This document shows positions 29,201-37,474 of a stretch of 64,000 nucleotides of DNA, one piece after another. The stretch's first letter is position 1; each line of letters begins with the position of its first letter. The stretch lies in contig CANUDF010000001.1 in assembly GCA_947857085.1 (NCBI GenBank), positions 3,841-67,840 on the forward strand, written 5' to 3'. A program made the position numbers and the translations under genes. Source of the stretch: Candidatus Gastranaerophilales bacterium. GTDB taxonomy: Bacteria; Cyanobacteriota; Vampirovibrionia; Gastranaerophilales; Gastranaerophilaceae. Below the pieces are notes generated by a model. That model saw only the letters and a list, made by a program, of their open reading frames with translations. It was not told the DNA's origin and searched no databases.

Positions 29201-31591
29201 CTAGCTTTCTAATATTCCATTATAATATTTGTTTGGAAATGCATCATTTAGTTGTTGGACAATTTCTTGACCATTTATTATTTTAATATCATTTGCGCAG
29301 GCTATTGTTTTTCCATCTTGCGTGTAATCTGATGTTGTAATACATACTGCGATATCGAAACCTCTTCGAATTTTTTCAGAATGTAAACGTTGAATTGGTT
29401 CGCTTCCAACATTGGCAACCCAACGTTTACATTGGAATAAGTATTTAGTTGTATTGCCATTTGTTATTTTTTTTGCGAGCAAATCAACACCTAGGTCTCC
29501 AGAACCTCCAGTATTAATTACATCAATATAGCCTTGCGCTTCGAGTAATGATTTTATAATTATTTCAAAATCCGTCCCCGATAAACATGATACATCTATT
29601 GCATCATCAGAAATTGCGTTTGTATATGTTTTTTTGATATAAACATTTTCATTGCAATCGCAATAATTTTTAATTATTTTTTTTATTTCATTTTGACAAT
29701 TATTATCATCTAAAAAACTATTAATAGAATTAGGATTACCATCACATAGTTTGTTTGCTATTTCAAAATAAAGATCATCTAATACAAATTGTCCGTTTTT
29801 TTCTAGTAATTCTTTTATAAATAACGGCATCAAATCATATAATTTTGTAAATAAATCATTATTGTCTTCAATATCAAGATATAACTTGTTACAGTTTATT
29901 CTCACTATTGCATTTGTGTCTATATGAAAATTTTGTTGTATTACAGAAGTAATCTTCTCAATATCACTTTCGGTTGCAATATAAGATTGTTTCTCTTTCA
30001 AAATGTCTAAAATATATTGCACGCAGGTAGTTAAAGTAATATCAGAATTTGCAGTTTGTAGTATTTTATTATATATTAATTTGACAACTTCAAATTCATA
30101 GTTTTTATTACCTACATACCAATAAGCTTCGGTTTTAGGCAATTTCTCGAAAAATACAATCATTTCTTTTGATAAGGTATTTTTGTATGCAGATTGTTTT
30201 CTGATTGTCGGATCATTTTTATCAATTCCAATTCTGGCAATATACTCAAACCCATTTTTTCTTGCAAGATTTATAATTTGAGTCAAAGTTTCAAAATATT
30301 TTCTTGCACCAAGTTTAATTGTAAAGATAGCAAGTTTGTTATCTTTTAAAACCTTGATAAAGTTTTTAAACATGGTATCTATATCATTAAAATAATTATC
30401 AAGAGATTGTTTGTTTGGTCTTGAAGGTGCATTTGTTAACACTAATTCATTATTAAGCATATCCTCAGTTAATTCAAATTCACCAGGTTTATAAAATTTA
30501 TTCAACCATTTTCTATATAACTGATTCCATTCTAAATATGGCACTTGATCTGTATAAGGGAAGTCAGTATATATCATATCAAATTTTTGTTCTAGGCAAT
30601 TATTTATATAGGCTTGATAAGGAACGTTATATAGTTCGTATAAATTGTTATTTTCCGGATTTGTTGATAATATTTCGCAAAATTCTTCCTGAAATTTAAT
30701 AAGTGCTTCAACTTTGTTTTTAAATATTTCCCAAACATTCGTTTCTTGTGCTCCTTTCATAACAACATGGTATAAACGGTCAGTTGATGAACCATACATT
30801 GCAATTCTAGATAATGCAAGAGATGATACTAACATGAATTCTAAAAAATCTTTTTCCGGACTATTTGTTAAGTTTTTAATACCATTTTGAAGAATCAATA
30901 GTGCTTTTTGATTTCTTTTAGTAAAAAGCCTATTATAATAATCGGCACCAGTTGCTGCAGTTATATTTATTCTGCTATTTTCAATATATTTATCATTAGG
31001 AAAATCTTCAATATGTTCATTATTTATTTCATTTAATTTTTCTAAATCATAGCTAGAAAAATGTTTATATAAATTATGACATTTAGAACACCTTTCAACT
31101 AATTTCACATTTTTCCCATCTTGTATATCTCTATTATCCGTTGGATTAAAATATTCTTCTGTTTGTGGATCATAAAATAATTTTGAAATATAGTTTTTTT
31201 CTCCACAACATTCTGTTTCATATAGATTCATAATTAACGGCTTGGTATCAGTTTCTAATTGATTTAGATAATTTTGTAATATTTCCAAGTTTATTTTCTT
31301 AAATATTGTTTTTACAATAGAAAAAGTATAATTATCAATTTCATTCCCAATGATTTTTTTATTAGCCATTGATGCCGCGATAATAAAAGAACCAGACCCC
31401 ATAAATGGATCATAAAGTACATCATTTGGACCAGCTAGCGTTTCTATGATGTTGTGTGCAATGTCAATTGACTTTCTACCGGGAAAGTTAAACACAGTCT
31501 TAAAAGAATGAGGGACTTTATTTTCAACACCTTCCAAATTAGCAATTAAAGTTCTAATTTTTTGATAAGTTTCTTCATTGATTCTTTTCAT
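29201..31591 (-). CDS. Fusion protein: alpha-class DNA methyltransferase-like module plus C-terminal Mrr-type (PD-(D/E)xK) restriction endonuclease domain
   Basis: The N-terminal module (LYDPFMGSGSF, CC..CSKC insert, IYTDFPY, NAPSRPNK) is colinear with 27615..29198. The C-terminal FEIIIKSLLEAQGY..GGSGDLGVDLL..FQCKRW..VG..CITTSDYT matches the Mrr catalytic domain pattern. Confidence 0.7.
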   Translation of the reverse strand: MKRINEETYQKIRTLIANLEGVENKVPHSFKTVFNFPGRKSIDIAHNIIETLAGPNDVLYDPFMGSGSFIIAASMANKKIIGNEIDNYTFSIVKTIFKKINLEILQNYLNQLETDTKPLIMNLYETECCGEKNYISKLFYDPQTEEYFNPTDNRDIQDGKNVKLVERCSKCHNLYKHFSSYDLEKLNEINNEHIEDFPNDKYIENSRINITAATGADYYNRLFTKRNQKALLILQNGIKNLTNSPEKDFLEFMLVSSLALSRIAMYGSSTDRLYHVVMKGAQETNVWEIFKNKVEALIKFQEEFCEILSTNPENNNLYELYNVPYQAYINNCLEQKFDMIYTDFPYTDQVPYLEWNQLYRKWLNKFYKPGEFELTEDMLNNELVLTNAPSRPNKQSLDNYFNDIDTMFKNFIKVLKDNKLAIFTIKLGARKYFETLTQIINLARKNGFEYIARIGIDKNDPTIRKQSAYKNTLSKEMIVFFEKLPKTEAYWYVGNKNYEFEVVKLIYNKILQTANSDITLTTCVQYILDILKEKQSYIATESDIEKITSVIQQNFHIDTNAIVRINCNKLYLDIEDNNDLFTKLYDLMPLFIKELLEKNGQFVLDDLYFEIANKLCDGNPNSINSFLDDNNCQNEIKKIIKNYCDCNENVYIKKTYTNAISDDAIDVSCLSGTDFEIIIKSLLEAQGYIDVINTGGSGDLGVDLLAKKITNGNTTKYLFQCKRWVANVGSEPIQRLHSEKIRRGFDIAVCITTSDYTQDGKTIACANDIKIINGQEIVQQLNDAFPNKYYNGILES

Positions 31592-31765
31592 ACTTAAACT
31601 ACCTCAACTCTTTAAAACTATTCTTCATTTATCTCATAAAAATATGTTTATATCAATTTAGAATATAAATTTTTGTACTTAAAAATTAAAAAATAATTAA
31701 TTTTGAGCCGATTTGCTAAAATTTAATATATGATTTTCATGAGAAATTGAACTATAGAGTTAAAT

Positions 31766-33442
31766 ATGGTGGAAGAGGAAAAAGTTAAAACTATTAATCT
31801 CAATATAATGTTATTAAAAAATTGTTGTAATTTAAACAATCGAGAAGATTATATTGATAAATATTCAGAAAAAAATATTATAAAAGGTGGCAAGAGCAAT
31901 GATTCTTACTTTTTATATAAAAATGGTCGAGGAAAAAGCAAACCTTCTTGGGTTTTAGAATTTGATGAAAAAGTATTAGATGGGATCAAAGATTCTTTTG
32001 AAGATACTTCTTCTGAAGGACTTTCTGTTATTAAACAGATTAATTACAAAAATATAAATTATTTATTTTCAATAAATTTTGGTCAAGGATGGAGAAATAT
32101 AAAAAAAGACAAAATAGAAGATACTTTTGGTATATATACAACAATTGCAATAATAGAAGAAGGTGCTAAAATACGTAGAGCAGGAACACGAAATATATCA
32201 AGCAATCCTAAAAATACAGAATTTCAACATGCTTTTGAAATTACAAATGAGACATTTAACTCAGAATTAGAAGATAATGATATTATAAGACATTTGAATG
32301 CAACAGCTGATACTTCTACTATTAGCTCGGTCATTGGTAAATATGGTCCTTTAAATATAAGAATGAGGTTTAAGGAATCAGAAATCCCTTGTTGGGACTA
32401 TCTTGATGACAGATTATTGTCATTATTAGAACAGTATTTAAAAATACAAACAAATGAAAGAATTATAAATAAATATTTTAAAGGATTACGCCCATTACCT
32501 AGTGCTAAGCAAAAAGAATTAAATGATAACCTTGACTCTAAAATACTCGAAGATACTTCTAAATTTTTCTTATTTGAACCAGAAATAGACTATGATCCTA
32601 CTATTATTTCAAGTATCAAATACAAATTAAAAGAGGATTCTAGAGCCTCTGAAACATACGAAAATTTAAAATTGGAAGATTATCTAGTTTTAAGAGAATC
32701 CAAAATGCCTTTAAATTTAAATGAAGATAAAGTCTTTTTAATAAATGAAGATGGGAAAAAGTGTAAAGAATGGACCATTTTAAAGTGTCTATATGGCGAA
32801 ATTAAACAAGACAATCAAGTCTATATATTATCAAATTCTGTCTGGTATGGTATGTCTAATGATAAATACGAACGAATTAATAAAAATATTAAAGCGATAC
32901 AAGAAGATTTTTATATAGATGATTGTACCAAGGAATCTACACAAAAAAGTATTATGAAGCAAAAATTAAAAGGTGTAAAACAAATAGCCAAAGAACGAAT
33001 TTTTAATACGGCATTATGTAAACAACTTTCAGGTGAATTATTTGATGAAATTAGTCAACAAATTACTATTGATGGTGACAAGATGGAAGTTTGTGATATT
33101 TTTAATCCAAAAGAAAAAGAATTTATTCATTCAAAAATAAGTTCTGATGCTGCGAAACTTAGCCATCTTTTTAATCAGGGATATGTTTCTGCAAGAGCAT
33201 TCGCATCGATGAAAGAACAATATGTATCATTAGTAAATGAAAAAATGAAAAATGAAGAACATAAATTAGATGATTCACAAAATTCGCATCAAAAATATAC
33301 CATAAGGTATCTAATAATAAATGGTAATACTAAAAATAGATTAACTTTTATAAGCAAGTTAGCTCTTGATAAAATTATTACCGATTTAAAAGGTTTTGGT
33401 TATAATGTTAAATTGTCTTGGGTAAATCAAATCAGTTTATAA
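31766..33442 (+). CDS. Uncharacterised protein, probably DUF6119 / TIGR04141 'sporadically distributed' family
   Basis: At 558 aa, its N-terminal INLNIMLLK..., FSINFGQGW and C-terminal MEVCDIF..FIHSKISSDAAKLSHLFNQGYVSA fit my recollection of that family (E.CD..iH.K...S..LSHLf.QG.vSa). This is not verified by search. Confidence 0.45.
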   Translation: MVEEEKVKTINLNIMLLKNCCNLNNREDYIDKYSEKNIIKGGKSNDSYFLYKNGRGKSKPSWVLEFDEKVLDGIKDSFEDTSSEGLSVIKQINYKNINYLFSINFGQGWRNIKKDKIEDTFGIYTTIAIIEEGAKIRRAGTRNISSNPKNTEFQHAFEITNETFNSELEDNDIIRHLNATADTSTISSVIGKYGPLNIRMRFKESEIPCWDYLDDRLLSLLEQYLKIQTNERIINKYFKGLRPLPSAKQKELNDNLDSKILEDTSKFFLFEPEIDYDPTIISSIKYKLKEDSRASETYENLKLEDYLVLRESKMPLNLNEDKVFLINEDGKKCKEWTILKCLYGEIKQDNQVYILSNSVWYGMSNDKYERINKNIKAIQEDFYIDDCTKESTQKSIMKQKLKGVKQIAKERIFNTALCKQLSGELFDEISQQITIDGDKMEVCDIFNPKEKEFIHSKISSDAAKLSHLFNQGYVSARAFASMKEQYVSLVNEKMKNEEHKLDDSQNSHQKYTIRYLIINGNTKNRLTFISKLALDKIITDLKGFGYNVKLSWVNQISL

Positions 33443-33462
33443 TTAAAAATCAAAAGCAAAAC

Positions 33463-33506
33463 ATTGTTCAAAAAGTGTTCAACAGTGTTCAAAAGGTGTT
33501 TAAAAA
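33463..33506 (+). repeat. Four tandem 10-11-bp repeats (GTGTTCAAMA-like), helically phased
   Basis: The repeats read attgttcaaaaa / gtgttcaaca / gtgttcaaaag / gtgtttaaaaa. They lie in the 147-bp gap between two convergent genes. Confidence 0.7.
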
Positions 33507-33589
33507 TCAAAATAGGTATCAGAGTGCCTTTTTGAAATTTTCATGCAAAATAACGCAAAATAAAAGGAGCTGTTAAACTCCCAAATAGA

Positions 33590-34423
33590 CTACTCATGAA
33601 AAAAATTTTCGGTATCAAATCGTGAAAAGTTTAGGTTTCTGAATTTTTCTATTTTATTATCTGAATATTCTTTCTTCACCCAACGAAGATATGTTTTAGC
33701 AGAAGATACTTTTGCTCGATTAATTTTTATTTTAATCAATCTCTCAAATCTTTGAATTGCAAGTTCTCGGGCTTCACTTAAAGAATACTGTTTTGGCGAA
33801 AGATAATATTCTTTAAAAAAATAATATATTTCACCGGGTTCTCTTGTTTCTGATCCTACAAGATTTATCAAGCCATTTCTTGAAATTTCATATTTAAATT
33901 TATTATATTTATTTAATGTAATATTGGCTGTTTTTAACGTCTTTTTAAGTTCTCTCTCATTCATTCCTTGAGTTTGTTTTAATAACTTGAACATATCTTT
34001 TATATTTTGTTTAGTTTCAGGAGGAGCAAAGAAATAATCAATAAAGCCATCTAACTCATTAATATATTTGGGAAAAACTTCTTTAGGCTTTTTAACTTGA
34101 AATGGCAACATATGACGCATGCAGTCGCTGTCACTTTCTATTGTTTTTTCTTTGGATTTACTTATTTGAGGAATATAAATATATGAATCCCCATTATCTC
34201 TTATAATATTTTTTGACGTTAGTTTTTCTAAAATCGGAATAATTTCTATTTTTGATTTTTCAAGTAGGATTTCTAAATCTTCTACTGTAAAAATATTTAA
34301 TTTCTTAATCGCTATTTCAATATTTTTTTCTAATAAATTTTTCCTATGTCTTGTTTCCACCTTAAAACTCCAGTTCTTGCTTTGTAATTTTCTTATATCC
34401 GTTAGTTTGTGCCAATTCTTCAA
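33590..34423 (-). CDS. Hypothetical HTH/winged-helix-like protein, third gene of the transposition operon
   Basis: The ORF-track ATG 34423 overlaps the ATPase gene by 62 nt. An in-frame GTG at 34360 lies 1 nt after the ATPase stop, with GGAG 7 nt upstream, so it is the likely coupled start. Confidence 0.5.
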   Translation of the reverse strand: MKNWHKLTDIRKLQSKNWSFKVETRHRKNLLEKNIEIAIKKLNIFTVEDLEILLEKSKIEIIPILEKLTSKNIIRDNGDSYIYIPQISKSKEKTIESDSDCMRHMLPFQVKKPKEVFPKYINELDGFIDYFFAPPETKQNIKDMFKLLKQTQGMNERELKKTLKTANITLNKYNKFKYEISRNGLINLVGSETREPGEIYYFFKEYYLSPKQYSLSEARELAIQRFERLIKIKINRAKVSSAKTYLRWVKKEYSDNKIEKFRNLNFSRFDTENFFHE

Positions 34424-35036
34424 TCTTTAAAATATAAATTACAATTTGCCTTAGTCGATTAGCATTTTTTGCAATCATTTCAATTACTTCATCATCAAGC
34501 GGAACTTCGCATAATTTTGTAACAATTTCTTTTATATCTTCAAAATCAAAAGGGACAAATTTATAAATACCCAAAAGCCTGTCATATAAATGCTTAAATC
34601 TTTTTAATTTTTTATCAGCAGCTCCCATTCCAACTAATAAAACAGGAATTCCTGTTTTATCGTGCAAATCACGAACTGTTTCAATAGCTCTTGTAGATTC
34701 TACCAAGTAATCAACTTCATCCACGATTAACATTCTTGGTTTTTCTATTAACTTCGCAACAGCTTGATCAAATAATTCAAAAGATGTTTTCTTTGGCTCT
34801 TCGCCTAATTCCTTAACAAGAGCTTTTAAAAACCAAATTCTTGACATTCCATTTGTTGCTGTAACCAGTATGGCATTTTGGTTTAAAGTCCACCAAAGAA
34901 CAGCATTGCTTTTACCCAATCCTGGTTCACCATATACAAGTCCAATTTTAGGAACATTATATTTTGCATTATTTAATCTTTCTATTAATGAAACAAATGC
35001 TCTAACATTTTTTGTTTTTACAAATGTTCTTCTCAT
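34362..35036 (-). CDS. MuB/TniB-like AAA+ ATPase (transposition target-capture protein)
   Basis: It has Walker A GEPGLGKSN and Walker B LIVDEVDYL. It is 224 aa and lies 12 nt downstream of the transposase gene. Confidence 0.65.
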   Translation of the reverse strand: MRRTFVKTKNVRAFVSLIERLNNAKYNVPKIGLVYGEPGLGKSNAVLWWTLNQNAILVTATNGMSRIWFLKALVKELGEEPKKTSFELFDQAVAKLIEKPRMLIVDEVDYLVESTRAIETVRDLHDKTGIPVLLVGMGAADKKLKRFKHLYDRLLGIYKFVPFDFEDIKEIVTKLCEVPLDDEVIEMIAKNANRLRQIVIYILKIEELAQTNGYKKITKQELEF

Positions 35037-35048
35037 AATTATCTCCCT

Positions 35049-36986
35049 TTAATCCTCAACGCCATACAACAATTTATATTCGGTTGATTTTTTATAATTA
35101 TCCACCCATTTTTGCTCATCTTCAGATAAATCGGGTTTGTTTTTTAGATAATCATATCTTTCGTATTTATTATGAAATACAATTTTTTCAGGTTGAATTT
35201 CATCTTCTTTTAAGCTTTCAATGAGCAACTTTTTATCTTCTATGCTTGGCTTATAAATCACATTATCGGTTTCATTTAGTGCCGGTAAATATACCTTTTC
35301 TTTTTTCAGTTCTCTAAGATATTGTTTTACAGTTTGCTTTTCAAGTTCTTTTTGTTGTTTAATTCGTTGTTTTAATTCTTCCACATCTTTTGCTTCGCCT
35401 GTATAATTAGCAAGTGGATGAATTGGGGCAAGTCTTTCGGCTGTACATAAAAATTCGCCCGACATTGTAAAAACTTTGATATAAGACAAATCAAAAAGAC
35501 TATATTTTATAACAACTTGAGTCCTTAATCCGTATAAACTTTCGTGATAATAATCGGATTTTAAAAATCTTATTCCGTTTCTGCCAATATTTTTAATAAC
35601 ATTTACCATCATTAAATCATCTAGTGTTGAAATATCAATGCCATTACCTTTTCCCGCATCAAATACTTCCCCAATACTTAAACCCTTTACATTAGGACAA
35701 GGTTGTGCATAATGAAAGTTAACCATCCAACGAGTAATATAATTTATAACTTCATCCATTGTAGGAATGTAATTGCTGTGAATTTCTTTGTGTAAGCGTT
35801 CATTGCGTTTTTTATAAGCTGGTTTATTATCAATACAAGAACCCACAAAAGAAGGCAATATACGTTCAAAACTATCCTGCATTTCCCTAAAAAATCTTTC
35901 TATCGGTTTAGCTTTGGCATTATATGGTTTTGCGAAAATCGGAGTTATTCCAAGTTTTATAAATAAACCGCTAATATCATCATCTGCTGTAAAATAATCA
36001 GCCTTATATGCTTTTCCGTTATCTTGATAAACAAATTTTGGATATTTACCCAATGCAATAATTGAATTTCTGAGTGCTGAAGCAATACATTGGGTATTTT
36101 CTTCCAACATAACTTCAAAACCAACCATTGCTCCAGATTTCCAATCTTGATAAGCAGCAATTGTCGGTCTGCATGGTTTGCCTGTAAATGGATTTATAAC
36201 CTCAAATGCAAGCCTATGCCCATCACCAATTAAAACATCTCCTACATTTAATTTTAAAATATCTCTTTCGATATATGGTATAACTTTATCTCTTAAGGCT
36301 TTTGCACCTTCTCTTGCAAATATCCACATATCATAGTGTTCCTGTTTATACTTGGAGATAAACCTCCGATATGTCATCTCGCATGCTAAATTAGTTACAC
36401 CCTGCTGTAATAAAAGATGCTTTGTTAATTTGATAGCTTTTCCAATATTTGGTTGGTTAGGGTTCAGTAATATTTTTAAAACTGTTTCCTTTTCTTTTTC
36501 TGAAAATTTATCTTTATTCGGTTGTGATTTATATTTTGGAGCTAGGACTTTCCAATTATCAGCATTTTCTTTTAGAAGTCTATCCCAACGCATTATTGTT
36601 GATATTGCTATATTGTTAATATTTTCATACTGATTATTTTTATTTGGCATGTTATTATAAACAGATACAAATTCTTTAATAGCATCAACCTTTTTACCTT
36701 TATAATTAACGCAAAAAGCACGCCATTTCATTACAATATCAAATTTAGTTAATGCTCGTTTTTTACTCTTTTCACTAATGGGAGTGTTAAAATTCTCTGT
36801 GGAAATTTCGGTCGAATATAGTTTATTAACTTCATCTTGCCACTCTTGTTCAATAGATGAAACTAAAACTTCATATCTCTGGCAAATTTTTCGCCCTATA
36901 TATTTTCCGCTTGTTACTAATTTGCGAACAGATCTATCAGATACGCCTTTAATTTTTGCAAGCTCGGTTGCTCTAATCCACTCCAT
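35049..36986 (-). CDS. Mu A-like DDE (rve/Mu-transposase) transposase
   Basis: It has an N-terminal HTH (IRATELAKIKGVSDRSVRKL). The DDE core is LIGDGHRLAF..RPTIAAYQDWKSG, VYQDNGKAY and KPIERFFREMQ. The GDG(H/Y)...RP...(W)QD spacing is like phage Mu A. Confidence 0.75.
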   Translation of the reverse strand: MEWIRATELAKIKGVSDRSVRKLVTSGKYIGRKICQRYEVLVSSIEQEWQDEVNKLYSTEISTENFNTPISEKSKKRALTKFDIVMKWRAFCVNYKGKKVDAIKEFVSVYNNMPNKNNQYENINNIAISTIMRWDRLLKENADNWKVLAPKYKSQPNKDKFSEKEKETVLKILLNPNQPNIGKAIKLTKHLLLQQGVTNLACEMTYRRFISKYKQEHYDMWIFAREGAKALRDKVIPYIERDILKLNVGDVLIGDGHRLAFEVINPFTGKPCRPTIAAYQDWKSGAMVGFEVMLEENTQCIASALRNSIIALGKYPKFVYQDNGKAYKADYFTADDDISGLFIKLGITPIFAKPYNAKAKPIERFFREMQDSFERILPSFVGSCIDNKPAYKKRNERLHKEIHSNYIPTMDEVINYITRWMVNFHYAQPCPNVKGLSIGEVFDAGKGNGIDISTLDDLMMVNVIKNIGRNGIRFLKSDYYHESLYGLRTQVVIKYSLFDLSYIKVFTMSGEFLCTAERLAPIHPLANYTGEAKDVEELKQRIKQQKELEKQTVKQYLRELKKEKVYLPALNETDNVIYKPSIEDKKLLIESLKEDEIQPEKIVFHNKYERYDYLKNKPDLSEDEQKWVDNYKKSTEYKLLYGVED

Positions 36987-37135
36987 TAAATCCTCCTGTA
37001 TTTTAATAATTTGTATTGAAGTACAATTTTTGTAGATTAATCAAGATAGGTTTTATATTATACTAAATAGACTAATGGTATAGTGGAATAATATACCATG
37101 TAATTCTAAAGTTTTGTTATAAATTACTCGGGCTG
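36987..37135. promoter_or_regulatory. Divergent control region between the transposase and the Mor-like gene, with an operator-like palindrome
   Basis: There is a perfect 8-bp inverted repeat, atggtata(9 nt)tataccat, at 37076..37100, and a second small palindrome, ttgta-ttgaag-tacaa, near 37011..37026. Confidence 0.35.
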
Positions 37136-37471
37136 ATGGTTATTATAATATTTCTCATGTATAATTGGTTTATGTACGACAAAGAACCTAAATGGGCAAA
37201 ATATATTACAGAAGATTCTATTGATGACTATGGTTTATTAGACTTAGTCAACATAATTGGACTTGAAGCAACAAAAAAGTTGATGATTCATTATGCAGGA
37301 AATAGCATTAGAATTCCAAAATCAGCCAATACAAAATATAAACATCAATATGTTTTAGATAATTATGATGGAACAAAAATCTCTAGAATGAGAACTGCTA
37401 TTGAATGTCAAATTACTGAAAATTATATTTTTAAAATTATGAAAATGTATAAAGATAAAAAGCCAATGTAA
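37136..37471 (+). CDS. Mor-like transcription activator family protein (tentative)
   Basis: At 111 aa, its AGNSIRIPK...YDGTKISRMRTAIECQITENYIFKIM fits the Mor pattern (G...iyIPK...f.G.n...la..y.ls.r.iyrI). It is divergent from the Mu A-like gene. Confidence 0.4.
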   Translation: MVIIIFLMYNWFMYDKEPKWAKYITEDSIDDYGLLDLVNIIGLEATKKLMIHYAGNSIRIPKSANTKYKHQYVLDNYDGTKISRMRTAIECQITENYIFKIMKMYKDKKPM

Positions 37472-37474
37472 AAA

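Noticed and set aside
35049-36986. I considered a canonical Tn7-like or Tn5053-like assignment for the transposition module.
   Set aside because: There is no TnsA, no zinc-finger TniQ/TnsD and no resolvase. The first catalytic block reads GDGH as in Mu A, rather than the TnsB/TniA pattern I recall. I therefore called it Mu-family, but this remains untested.
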